DNA of 64,000 bases. Source: an uncultured Collinsella sp. GTDB taxonomy: Bacteria; Actinomycetota; Coriobacteriia; Coriobacteriales; Coriobacteriaceae. Below are positions 1-9,075 of the stretch, piece by piece. The notes below the pieces were generated by a model, which was not told the DNA's origin, searched no databases, and saw nothing but the letters and a program-made list of their open reading frames with translations. Where the stretch lies: the NCBI GenBank assembly GCA_959606035.1, contig CAUHHB010000001.1:343886-407885 (forward strand), read 5' to 3'. Numbering within the stretch: the first letter of the stretch is position 1; the number at the start of each line of letters is the position of its first letter. Both the position numbers and the translations under genes were made by a program.

Positions 1-825
1 TCAGAAGAGCTCGGTAAGCTTCTTGCCGAGTATCCTGTCCTTTGTGTGGGAGGCGACCAAGTGTGGAATATCATGTCCGATGGAAACATCGAGGGTGCCT
101 ACCTTTTGGAGGGCGCATCAGACGATGCCTACAAGTTCTCCTTCTCTTCCTCCTTTGGTAAAAATGGCCTCGATCCACGCGAACGCGAACGTGCCGCCAA
201 AGCGTTTGCGCGCTTTGATAGGCTTTCAGTGCGCGAGGAAAGTGGGCAGAAAACTCTTGAGGAAATGGGACTTGAGGCGCAAACCGTTGTCGACCCCGTG
301 CACCTGCTCTCAAAGGAGGCCTGGTTTGATCGTGTTGAGCCTCGTGCGCCCCGCGGGGTGAATGGGGAGTATTGCCTGATCTACAACCTGCATCCAAGCG
401 ATGCATTCGACCGCTATTCTGCTGCCGCATGCAAGTCACTCGGCCTCGAGGTCGTTAGCATTCGTCCGTCGCTTCGTAAGACGATGGGGAAGAATTTGTT
501 CTACCCTTCGCTTCACGAATTCCTTTGGCTGTTTGACAATGCCACCTGCGTGCTCACGGACTCATTCCACGGGACTGCTTTTTCGTTGCTGTTCAATACG
601 CCCTTTGTCGATATTCTACCTGAGCAGTATGCGGAGCGTAACAAGGCAATTCTTTCTCGCTACGGGTTGGATTCCCGCATAAGCACGGAGCTTCAGCCAG
701 AAGAGCTTTGCCTCAACGATTTTGATTGGGCGGGCGTCAATGAGTCGCTTGCCGTCAACCGTGAGTCCTCCTCGGAGTTCCTTTGTGACACCGTTGGCGA
801 GTTCTCCGCCCGTCTTACTCGCTAG
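1..825 (+). CDS. polysaccharide pyruvyl transferase family protein (5' end cut by window edge)
   Basis: Frame is open from nt 1 with no stop. C-terminal region CLIYNLHP...CVLTDSFHGTAFSLLF resembles pyruvyl-transferase (CsaB/WcaK-like) motifs. It is followed by GT2 and SDR genes. Confidence 0.5.
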   Translation, partial: SEELGKLLAEYPVLCVGGDQVWNIMSDGNIEGAYLLEGASDDAYKFSFSSSFGKNGLDPRERERAAKAFARFDRLSVREESGQKTLEEMGLEAQTVVDPVHLLSKEAWFDRVEPRAPRGVNGEYCLIYNLHPSDAFDRYSAAACKSLGLEVVSIRPSLRKTMGKNLFYPSLHEFLWLFDNATCVLTDSFHGTAFSLLFNTPFVDILPEQYAERNKAILSRYGLDSRISTELQPEELCLNDFDWAGVNESLAVNRESSSEFLCDTVGEFSARLTR

Positions 826-833
826 AATAATGA

Positions 834-1862
834 ATGGAAGGTCCTATTTTGAGTCAGCCATCTGTTTCCATCATCGTCGCTGTTTACAAATCTGAACAAT
901 TTCTGCCGAAGCTTCTTCATTCCTTTGAGGTTCAAACCCACAAGAATCTCCAGATTATTCTCGTTGACGATGGTTCTCCCGATGACAGTGGTCGCATCTG
1001 TGATGACTATGCTGCACGTGACCCTAGGGCTATTGTTATTCACAAGCCTAATGGCGGCACTTGCTCCGCTAGGAATGCGGGACTTGGTGTCGCGACGGGT
1101 GACTATCTCATGATCGTGGACGGTGACGACTGGCTGGAGCCCGATTGCGTTGAATATTTGGTCGACTTGGCTGAGAGCACTGGCTCCGACATGTCCTACT
1201 CGGTGAATCTCTTTACAACGCGTGATAGGGAGCAGATTGTTGAGGACGTCCGGGAGACCTGGTCGGCAGAGCGCGCCACCTCTGCCATCATCTATCCCTT
1301 TATGCGGCTGGGGCCTTGGAATAAGTTGTACAAACGTTCTGTAGTTGTCGACAACAATATTTCGTTTTCCGTTCCTTGGTTCGGCGAGGGTCTGTACTTT
1401 GCTACCGAGGTTGCACAGCACTCTAATCATGTGGGCGTTGGTAGACGTAAGGTCTACAACTACCGTTTGAATAACTTGGGGAGCGGTCTTACCAACTACA
1501 ACGTTCAAAATGGCAAGAATGCCCTCGGAAATATTAAATTCATTAAAGAGAACCTGACTCTGGACACTCCGATGGTTCGCCACGCATGCGATTGGCATAT
1601 CTGGCGAAACTACGAGTTCCTACTCACTCAGATAATAGGTGCGGATGAAATGGACTCCGAAGGCAAGCTCGCGAAAGAATGTGCAGCGTACGTTAGGAAG
1701 AACTGGCTGTCCGTGTTCAAGAACAGCGAAGTCGACCGTTCCGAGAAGGTAAAGATCGCATGCTGCGGCATGGCACCCGTGCTTTACGCGAAGCTGGTCA
1801 TAGATCGAAACCGGAAGGGGCTCGAGGCTGATAAAGGCAAGTTCATGGATGTCGAGGAGTAG
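834..1862 (+). CDS. family 2 glycosyltransferase
   Basis: N-terminal SIIVAVYKSEQFLPKLLHSFEVQTH...ILVDDGSPDDS...DYLMIVDGDDW is the classic GT-A fold with DXD motif. Confidence 0.85.
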   Translation: MEGPILSQPSVSIIVAVYKSEQFLPKLLHSFEVQTHKNLQIILVDDGSPDDSGRICDDYAARDPRAIVIHKPNGGTCSARNAGLGVATGDYLMIVDGDDWLEPDCVEYLVDLAESTGSDMSYSVNLFTTRDREQIVEDVRETWSAERATSAIIYPFMRLGPWNKLYKRSVVVDNNISFSVPWFGEGLYFATEVAQHSNHVGVGRRKVYNYRLNNLGSGLTNYNVQNGKNALGNIKFIKENLTLDTPMVRHACDWHIWRNYEFLLTQIIGADEMDSEGKLAKECAAYVRKNWLSVFKNSEVDRSEKVKIACCGMAPVLYAKLVIDRNRKGLEADKGKFMDVEE

Positions 1863-1866
1863 GTGC

Positions 1867-2706
1867 ATGGCGAATCTAAAGCACGCAATCAAGCAGGGCA
1901 TCGTTGCTCTCAAAGCCAAGAATATACAGCCTGTGATGCAGACCGTCGGCGATGAATGCCTGCTCAAGGGGAAGACTGCCCTCGTTGTGGGAGGCTCAGG
2001 TGGAATCGGCAAGGCGGTCGCCAAGGCGTTCCTGAAGAACGGCGCGAATGTTGTCATCGCCGGCACTAGGCGCGCGAAGGTCGACAAGGTGGTGTTAGAG
2101 CTTGGCGAGAAGTGCGCCGGGGTTGTTGTCGACCTTGCCGAGCCAGAGACCTTTTCGAAAGTCATCGACGAGGCGGTGGCATTCTACGGCCCCATCGATA
2201 TCCTAGTCAATTCTGCCGGCGTTCACACCGAGGACGTCTCCATGGGCGGGTTTCTCGATTTTTCAGTTGAGGAATACGATCGCATCTTGGACATCAACCT
2301 GCGCGGCGTCTACTTCATGGTGCAGTCTGTTGCAAAGCGCATGATTTCCGATAAGGTCAGCAATGGGCATATCCTTATCGTCTCATCCTCGGCTGGCAAC
2401 GAGCCCGCATGGTCTCCCTACCGCGTATCGAAGTGGGGTCTGAAGGGCATCACTGAGGGCATGGCTTCCGCCCTCGTTCCTCATGGCATTGTAGTCAACG
2501 CGATTGCGCCCGGCAGCACGGCGACTCCTCTTCTTGGCGTCGAGGAGGGTGACAGCATCTCTGCTGAGGACAACAGACTTGGCAGGTTCGCCATGCCCGA
2601 GGAGATCGCGGAATTCGCTGTGATGTTGGCCAGCCCCATGGGCGACATGGTGGTTGGTGACACTTTGTACGTCTCCGGTGGCCGTGGGGTCTGTGATATC
2701 CGGTAG
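1867..2706 (+). CDS. SDR family oxidoreductase (short-chain dehydrogenase/reductase)
   Basis: TALVVGGSGGIGKAVAK NAD(P)-binding motif and a YxxxK-type catalytic region (YRVSKWG). GGAGTAGG RBS sits before ATG 1867; the ORF-track start 1849 overlaps the GT2 gene. Confidence 0.8.
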   Translation: MANLKHAIKQGIVALKAKNIQPVMQTVGDECLLKGKTALVVGGSGGIGKAVAKAFLKNGANVVIAGTRRAKVDKVVLELGEKCAGVVVDLAEPETFSKVIDEAVAFYGPIDILVNSAGVHTEDVSMGGFLDFSVEEYDRILDINLRGVYFMVQSVAKRMISDKVSNGHILIVSSSAGNEPAWSPYRVSKWGLKGITEGMASALVPHGIVVNAIAPGSTATPLLGVEEGDSISAEDNRLGRFAMPEEIAEFAVMLASPMGDMVVGDTLYVSGGRGVCDIR

Positions 2707-2741
2707 CGGCTTTGCGGGCGCTTCAAAGTATGAGATCGCCT

Positions 2742-5339
2742 TTACCGTAGAAGCAGCTTGGCTGCCTCGGAGGCTTGCGTCGAACCGTCTTCGAGGTAGA
2801 CTAAGCATCGGAATAGCCTCTTTGTCAAGCCTTCGGTTGCAGTGAAACTTATGGTGCTGCTTTTCGAGGTGACACCTCCGATTGCGGTGTTGTACCAGGT
2901 CCTGCCTCCGTTGTCAGAACATTGCCATTGAAATGCGGCCGCGTGCTCAGCGTCGATTGAGAACGAGGCCTCAATTCCTGCGCTCGTTGCGCAATCTTTC
3001 GGCTGCGTGGTGATCCTCTCTTTATTCGACAATAACGAGAGTTTGGCGTTTTGAGTCGCAGCTGTTGTTCCATCCTGGAAGGTGACAACGCACCTGTAGA
3101 GACGTTTCGCAAGTGCGGCACTGGCGGTGAACCGCAGCGTAGGCAGCTTTGAGGCGGCATTGCCAATCCCGGTGTCGTACCAGCCCTTCCCATCATTGTC
3201 GGAACATTGCCACTGGTACGAGATGGCACCTAGGGCTCGCACGGAGAAAGACGCTTCGGATCCAGTCGAGGCGGCCGTGTCTCGCGGTTGCCCGGTTATT
3301 TGGTTAGCGCTTAGTTTTAGTTGCGCAGTGTTTGAAGCCGAGCTAGTCCCATCAGGGAAGAATGCCAAGCATCTATAGCGGCGTTTTGACAATCCCGTAC
3401 TTGCAGTGAACTCGATTCTCGCCTGCGTGGAAGTCTCACCTCCGATCCCCGTGTTGTACCATGATCTGCCCTCATTGTCGGAGCATTGCCACTGGAACGA
3501 AGTAGCCCGCTCTGCTTCGATGGCGAAGAACGCTGTTGACCCTGCGGCAGTTGTGCAGTCTTCGGGCTGGGAGCTGATGGCGTATCGGGCGACAAGGACG
3601 AGGCGTGCGGGCTCGCTTGCGAGGGTGCTGCTGTTCGGGAACGAGACTAGGCAGCGGTAGAGCCTCTTCGCGAGCTGGGCATTGGATGCAAACCTCAGGG
3701 TTTTCTGCCTGGAAGTTTCGCCGCCTATACCCGTGTTGTACCAACTTGAACCTCCGTTGTCGGAGCATTGCCATTGGAACGATGTCGCGCTTGGTGCCGT
3801 TACGGTGAATTCGGCTTGGGCTCCGTTGTATACTTCAAAGTCCTTCGGCATGGTTGTTATGGCGTACGTGGTCTCATAGCTTGCTGTGAGGTCGTACTTG
3901 GCGCTCCATTTGCTGTTCGATTCTTTTGTGACGCTAGATGCCGCCATAAGCTCAACTTTTGCGCCATCAGTCTTCCACTCCCTCAGATTCATCGCATAAG
4001 CAACAATCCCATTCTGAATTCCCGAGATGCTCGGCGGGAACGACTGGTTATCAGCATCAATAGAAAAGCTTTCTGCCTTAGCATCCAAGTTCTGCTGAAT
4101 ACGGTCGGCATACTTTTCGGCCCATTCATCAGCCTTGCCGTTTCGCACAAAGTAATTGTTGGACAGGTCGGTTGAGCGGTAGGCGTAGTCGGCCTTTTGG
4201 TAGTTGGCCGTGTGGTCGGAGTGGGCGATTGCCATGAGCTCGTCGGTCAGGCCAAAGTACAGATGGCGCTGGTCTAGGTCTCCGTACCAATTGTCACTGG
4301 TGTCGTCCCAGGTTAGGTCCATCTGGCACCATTTGCTGTCGATCTTTACGGCGTTCCAGGTGTGGCCGTTGCCGGTGATGCGGCCGTTGGCGATGCCCGC
4401 GGCGTCAAGGAGCTTGGAGTAGATGCGCTGGTAGCTCTCGCAGGTGCCCTGGTGGCGCGTGAGGCCGCTTTCGGCCGAGCACCAGTTGAGGTTGTGGTCG
4501 TACTCCAGCTGGTCGAGCGTCCAGTCGTGGAGCCAAAGCGCCATGTCGTATTCCGAGCCGTCTGTCTCTTGCCTGCACAGGTCCACGGCGCTGTTGACGA
4601 TCTGCGTGACGCTCGGGCGGGCGGCGTCGTTTACGGTCACCTCCGCCGTGGTACGCAGGTAGTAGATCCCCTTGTCGTTTTGGGGGTCGTTTCTGTCGTT
4701 GTCCATAAAGTAGAAGTAGATGCGGTACGTGCCCGATGCCGTGAATTCAAAGGTAAAGTCGTGGCCCGCGGTGCCCAGGCTGTTGTAGCTGCCCCATGCC
4801 GGGCGCGACGGGTCGCAGACGCTTTCCTGGCTGCCGCCGTCCCAATAGGTGGGCACGTCCATGCGCGCCTTGGCCTGGGACGAGCCGTTGGCTTGGGTTA
4901 CGTGGAAGGTCGTCGCGGTGCCCGCGGGGGCGTCGTTCCACGAGACGGTGAAGGTGACGCCGTTTTGGGTTGCCGTTGCTGAGTGGGCGTAGCCGGCTTG
5001 TGACGTGGTGGAGATTGCCTCGGGCGTGCCGTTGGTTTGGGCACGAAGGGATGGGGCGGGGGTGCCGGTTGCGGCGGCGGTGCCGTCGGCGCTTTCCGTG
5101 TTGACGGCGCTGGTGCCGGTGGATGTTGCGGTGCTGTCCTCTGCGGTATCTGCTGTCGTATTTGTGTTGGTGCCGTCTTCGGCCTTGCCTGTGTCGCTGC
5201 TCGTGGCGTCGGCTTGCGCTTGCTGCTCGGCGGCTGCCTGAGGCTGGATGGCTTCCGCGATGGCCGCCATGGGCATCGTCGCGCCGACTATGGACGTGCA
5301 CGCGATCGCGCAGAGCAGGTAGTAAAGGGATCGTTTCAT
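2742..5339 (-). CDS. secreted transglutaminase-like (Cys-His-Asp) domain protein with four C-terminal Ig-like repeats
   Basis: Signal peptide MKRSLYYLLCAIACTSIVGA. Transglutaminase-like core ...GTCESYQRIYSKLLDAAGIANGRITGNGHTWNAVK...MDLTWDD. Four ~93-aa repeats FQWQCSDNGG..WYNTGIGG...YRC. Start chosen at MKRS (5339) rather than ORF-track 5402. Confidence 0.7.
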   Translation of the reverse strand: MKRSLYYLLCAIACTSIVGATMPMAAIAEAIQPQAAAEQQAQADATSSDTGKAEDGTNTNTTADTAEDSTATSTGTSAVNTESADGTAAATGTPAPSLRAQTNGTPEAISTTSQAGYAHSATATQNGVTFTVSWNDAPAGTATTFHVTQANGSSQAKARMDVPTYWDGGSQESVCDPSRPAWGSYNSLGTAGHDFTFEFTASGTYRIYFYFMDNDRNDPQNDKGIYYLRTTAEVTVNDAARPSVTQIVNSAVDLCRQETDGSEYDMALWLHDWTLDQLEYDHNLNWCSAESGLTRHQGTCESYQRIYSKLLDAAGIANGRITGNGHTWNAVKIDSKWCQMDLTWDDTSDNWYGDLDQRHLYFGLTDELMAIAHSDHTANYQKADYAYRSTDLSNNYFVRNGKADEWAEKYADRIQQNLDAKAESFSIDADNQSFPPSISGIQNGIVAYAMNLREWKTDGAKVELMAASSVTKESNSKWSAKYDLTASYETTYAITTMPKDFEVYNGAQAEFTVTAPSATSFQWQCSDNGGSSWYNTGIGGETSRQKTLRFASNAQLAKRLYRCLVSFPNSSTLASEPARLVLVARYAISSQPEDCTTAAGSTAFFAIEAERATSFQWQCSDNEGRSWYNTGIGGETSTQARIEFTASTGLSKRRYRCLAFFPDGTSSASNTAQLKLSANQITGQPRDTAASTGSEASFSVRALGAISYQWQCSDNDGKGWYDTGIGNAASKLPTLRFTASAALAKRLYRCVVTFQDGTTAATQNAKLSLLSNKERITTQPKDCATSAGIEASFSIDAEHAAAFQWQCSDNGGRTWYNTAIGGVTSKSSTISFTATEGLTKRLFRCLVYLEDGSTQASEAAKLLLR
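2850..3900. repeat. four tandem ~275-280 bp coding repeats (Ig-like domain repeats of the transglutaminase-like gene)
   Basis: Recurrent DNA blocks, e.g. ...ccgatccccgtgttgtacca...cattgtcggagcattgccactggaacga at ~2875, ~3165, ~3440, ~3720. Confidence 0.8.
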
Positions 5340-5461
5340 AGCGGAGCCTCTCGGTGAGCAGCCAATAGGGTCCGAAGGCAGCTCCAGGCCAGCACTCCGC
5401 ACATTTTTTGTTGGGGATTATTTTACGGGAACCCCAGTCAACATCAGCGAACTTTCTGGGG
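5215..5461. repeat. direct repeat copy A (5' coding end + upstream region of the transglutaminase-like gene)
   Basis: About 90% identical to 7960-8290. The shared string agcggagcctctcggtgagcagccaatagggtccgaaggcagctccaggccagcactccgcaca is seen in both. Confidence 0.85.
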
Positions 5462-5555
5462 ATTGTTGGGGAGGGGTGGTGGACTGGTGGGCTGGCGCCA
5501 TAGGAGACGGCGCCAGCAACTAATACGGTTAGTCGGCGAATTGACATGGCGGCTG

Positions 5556-6284
5556 TTATTTATCGATGGCCCCGTCGTCAATAACACCCTGAATGGTCTT
5601 TGCGACATTAGAGGTCAAACGACCGACAGCAAGATCGGGGTTTTGATTGAGCCTCGTCTCTGCGACCAGTGCTGTTTCAAAATTTGAAGCAAGGTCACCA
5701 ACGTGATGATTGGTTTTTAGATTCATTCCAAGTTCATCGCTAGCAAGCTTCTCAATATATCTACGTCGACTACCCGGAGCGTGACCATTTTCCACAATAT
5801 CATTTTTATGGGGCAAAATAGTTGTCTCAAGTGCGCCGGGCTTATGCAGCATCAAGTAAAGCTCAAAGCTTGGATACGTCACGGCGACTTCAATTCTCTC
5901 TCTGCGGAAATCCTTTAGCAGCGTCGCGTACCCATCTGGATTGTTCTTAAAAACATCAACGTCAAAAACAACAACAACGCGATCGGAACCTTTAATGAAG
6001 TCGCTCCCATTAACCTGGCCATTCATAACGGCAATCGCGTGCTCCAACAGCTTCTTGGGTGAGGATTGGTTTTTCTCTCCTTCGGTTCTTTCGACCGGCT
6101 TTAGTTCAATTAGTTCCGGTTTACCCTCTTTGGCTAAACGTGTTGCAAGTGAGTCGAAGTACCAATATTCGGTATTGGCTCCTTCTCCAATGAGAAAGCA
6201 CTTTGATTTTGGCTTTTCGACTTTCCATTCGGTTCTACTGGACCAAGTGTCAAGAGAGTTAAGCGGTGGCATTTGGTTCCCCAA
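5556..6284 (-). CDS. RloB-like (TOPRIM-like, AbiLii-type) protein, partner of the upstream AAA ATPase
   Basis: KCFLIGEGANTEYWYF (TOPRIM-like E-G-E), VVVVFDVD (DxD) and SFELYLMLH match the RloB family pattern. Overlaps the upstream ATPase gene by ~26 nt, suggesting an operon. Confidence 0.7.
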   Translation of the reverse strand: MGNQMPPLNSLDTWSSRTEWKVEKPKSKCFLIGEGANTEYWYFDSLATRLAKEGKPELIELKPVERTEGEKNQSSPKKLLEHAIAVMNGQVNGSDFIKGSDRVVVVFDVDVFKNNPDGYATLLKDFRRERIEVAVTYPSFELYLMLHKPGALETTILPHKNDIVENGHAPGSRRRYIEKLASDELGMNLKTNHHVGDLASNFETALVAETRLNQNPDLAVGRLTSNVAKTIQGVIDDGAIDK

Positions 6285-7674
6285 TCAAACCGAGCGCATC
6301 TAGAGCCCTTCCTGTTGATAAAACCGGGACGCCGCCATAGCGACCCTCAAGGTATTGCTTATTGACGCGGGCATCGGATCTTGCCCCGTTGTCTGCAAAC
6401 TTATCAAGCGGGAACAGGCTCGAATAGCCATGACGGTCACGTTCGACAAACCAGATCTCATCACGCCTGAAATAATCGAAACTCATGATCGTGTTTTCAT
6501 GGGTTGTAAATATCAGCTGGCAGTCGTCTTGCGCATGGACACGGTTAAACAGTAAGACAAGTTGCTGGGTAAGCATGGGATGAAAGCTGCGATTAAGCTC
6601 GTCAACCAGGAACAACTTGTCTTTACTGCTTGTAAATAAGATGTCCATAAAATCGAACAATCGCTTGGTTCCGTCCGATTCCTCCCTAAAATCGAAGTCA
6701 AGGATGGAGCCTTCGTGCCGCAGCTTCAGCACCGTGGCACGAGGCTCGGACGCTCCCTTGCTTTCAATGCTCAGAAATGCGTCGTCGCTGCGAAACGTTA
6801 CGTTCGACTCGGCCTTCGGGCCAGAGGGGATGTTGTCGGTCATGAAGCGTTTTACAGAAAGCAACACTTCCGAAGGAACATACTTTTCAAGTTCGTCCAT
6901 CCCTATTTCTTGTTTACGGAGGCTGCTGATGCCCGTATCAAAGGAGGCCAGTACGTTGGCAACCTTGTCCAAATTGGCTCCGTGTCCGTAAAACTCAGAA
7001 GATGCAGGGCTTTGGTTGGCTCCGATAGCCGAAAAATTCAAATTAAACCAAGAAAAAACATCCGGTAAAGCCGCCAAGGTAGATCCCTCTAAATAGTTTC
7101 TACCATTAGCAAGCGCCGATAAAAATAGCTCAGACCCTATGCTTTCGCGGACACGATGGAGGAAATCTTCGCGATAAACATTAAGCCTGGTTTTATCAAC
7201 ATCGGATGCGCCTTGTTCGAGACCTCGACAGTTAACGGAATCCGAACCGATTCTTTCAAATAACAAATTTGATTTGTCGCCGAGCTCGTAAAGCCACTCC
7301 GAAACGATTGTTAGTTGAGCTAAATTGCAGCTAAAGCCATAGTCGAACGCGCGGCCATTTTTATAGAGCTGAATATCGAAAACCGACTCCTGTTCTTTAA
7401 GGCCAGAACCGCATTTGCAATACTCGACCTGGGCCCCTTGAGGAAGTGCGCCGCTTAAAACAACATGCCTCATAAAGAGGAGCGCGGTAAAAATCGTGCT
7501 CTTTCCGGAGGCATTGCCACCGTAGATAACGGCATTCCGTAAAACGCGAGCATTTTGCGGAGTTGCGCAAATATGATTTTTAAAGCGCTGAATTTTAGAG
7601 GTCGATACCATGTCCAACGTTATCGGGTCTTCGCCTACTGACCTAAAGTTCTTAAATGAAAATCTGATAAGCAT
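6259..7674 (-). CDS. AAA_21/AAA_15-type ATPase (AbiLi / RloA-like abortive-infection ATPase)
   Basis: Walker A VIYGGNASGKST. C-terminal LFLVDELNRSFHP...LIFTTHENTIM...FRRDEIWFVERD...KQYLEGRYGGVP is typical of the ATPase partners of RloB/OLD-like nucleases. RBS AGGAG lies before the ATG. Confidence 0.85.
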   Translation of the reverse strand: MLIRFSFKNFRSVGEDPITLDMVSTSKIQRFKNHICATPQNARVLRNAVIYGGNASGKSTIFTALLFMRHVVLSGALPQGAQVEYCKCGSGLKEQESVFDIQLYKNGRAFDYGFSCNLAQLTIVSEWLYELGDKSNLLFERIGSDSVNCRGLEQGASDVDKTRLNVYREDFLHRVRESIGSELFLSALANGRNYLEGSTLAALPDVFSWFNLNFSAIGANQSPASSEFYGHGANLDKVANVLASFDTGISSLRKQEIGMDELEKYVPSEVLLSVKRFMTDNIPSGPKAESNVTFRSDDAFLSIESKGASEPRATVLKLRHEGSILDFDFREESDGTKRLFDFMDILFTSSKDKLFLVDELNRSFHPMLTQQLVLLFNRVHAQDDCQLIFTTHENTIMSFDYFRRDEIWFVERDRHGYSSLFPLDKFADNGARSDARVNKQYLEGRYGGVPVLSTGRALDALGLIGEPNATA

Positions 7675-7731
7675 GGCGTCTCCTAGGTGATCAGCTGCCT
7701 TGCATAAAAGAGGCAGTCAACAAAAGAATAG

Positions 7732-7756
7732 TATTTGACGATTTTTTCGTCAAATA
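7732..7756. promoter_or_regulatory. perfect 10-5-10 palindrome TATTTGACGA-ttttt-TCGTCAAATA upstream of the ATPase/RloB operon (candidate operator)
   Basis: Read directly in the sequence, ~60-80 nt upstream of the minus-strand ATPase start at 7674. Confidence 0.35.
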
Positions 7757-7959
7757 TATATGAGGTTGATGACGCTTGCCCATCATGCGTCCAATTTGCC
7801 GCATATTTCCGAAATTGGTCTTTGTTACAGGCTTCATTCCACTGTTGAATCAATTAGATAATGGACAAAATTGCAGAATCTGTCTCCGTGCATAAACGCC
7901 GACGGGGGCGAAATCGTTCATATCGGCAATTGGTAGGTCAGTTTGTGTTGTTTACGGCT

Positions 7960-8290
7960 TGCGCCTGCTGCTCGGCTGTTGCTCGGTTGTTGCGCGTGCT
8001 GTTGCCCGAGGCTGCATGGCTTCTGCGATGGCCGCCATGGACATCGTCGCGCCGTTCATGGACGTGCACGCGATCGCCCAGAGCGGGTAGTAAAGGGGTC
8101 GTTTCATAGCGGAGCCTCTCGGTGAGCAGCCAATAGGGTCCGAAGGCAGCTCCAGGCCAGCACTCCGCACATATTTTGTTGGGTTTATTTTCGTCTCATA
8201 TCGGGTTCGTGCGTGCGGCGTGCCAGCACTCCGCACATATTTTGTTGGGTTTATTTACGGGAACACCAGTCAACATCAGCGAACTTTCTG
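7960..8290 (-). pseudogene. direct repeat copy B: truncated duplicate of the 5' end (signal peptide + ~40 aa) and upstream leader of the transglutaminase-like gene, with an internal ~68-bp tandem duplication
   Basis: ORF 7952..8236(-) encodes ...SAGLELPSDPIGCSPRGSAMKRPLYYPLWAIACTS...AAIAEA, nearly identical to the N-terminus of the 2742..5339 protein and then diverging. gccagcactccgcacatattttgttgggtttattt occurs twice (about 8156 and 8224). Confidence 0.7.
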
Positions 8291-8635
8291 GGAAAGGTTG
8301 GGGAGGGGAGCGCGGGGTGGGCGAGGCGTGCTTGCCCAGGCGTTCAGTTCTGTGCTTATTTGCTATGCGCGATATGTTGCTATCTCGCGCCGTCTCACGA
8401 TCTCACTGAAGTTCGGCCGGCGCTGGATCCACTGTAGACGTTGAACTTTCCCATTATGTTTCGCTCCATATCCTGCTCCCCTTAGGTCGGATATCCGATC
8501 GGAGCATAGTTCCGTTTAAGAAGTTGGTGAAAGTGCGTTAACGGGATTGGCGAAAGCGCGTTGGCGCATTCGGTGAGCTGCATTTGCGAAAGTGGTTGGT
8601 TTTAGATTGGCGCAAACGGACGCGATCTACGTCGA

Positions 8636-9060
8636 GTGCCGCCGCGCTGGAGGCGCGTGATGGAAGGGTGCTGCCCGAGGGTGGCGGCGATCCTCGAGGA
8701 GGGTGAGCCGGACGCCCTGACATACTACGACCTCCCGCCGTTGCCCCGGAGGCACCTGCGCGCTAATAACGTCCAGGAGCGGGCGAACCGCAAGATAAAG
8801 TGCGGGTCGAGGATGATGCAGCCCTTCCCCTCGGCGGCATCGCTGGCGCGGCTGGCCGGTGCGGTCATGTGCGAGCAGGACGAGATATGGCAGGAGTCCA
8901 GATACTGCTCGGAGGCAAAGATGAGTGAGCTCTGCGACGAGGCCCGCACGCGCGGGGTCGACGGGACTGTCGACTGGGCGCGGTTGGAGGTCGAGGCCGG
9001 GAAGATGATCGAATCCGGCCTCGAGCTTGCGGACAGGATCGAAGCAGTACAGGATATCAA
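8636..9060 (+). mobile_element. IS256-family (mutator-type) transposase C-terminal remnant, N-terminally truncated
   Basis: AAILEEGEPDALTYYDLPPLPRRHLRANNVQERANRKIK...FPSAASLARLAGAVMCEQDEIWQ matches the conserved C-terminal block of IS256 transposases. The N-terminal DDE region is absent. Confidence 0.6.
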
Positions 9061-9075
9061 CCGTATTCCAGTTTT

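Noticed and set aside
3127-3880. Small plus-strand ORFs (83, 84, 65 aa) with similar sequences
   Set aside because: They are antisense reflections of the repeated Ig-like domain DNA of the minus-strand gene.
2849-3900. Possible CRISPR-like periodic repeats
   Set aside because: Period is about 280 bp and the repeats are in-frame coding repeats (Ig-like domains), not short repeat-spacer units.
7861-8109. 82-aa plus-strand ORF
   Set aside because: Antisense to the duplicated gene fragment. No RBS or motif.
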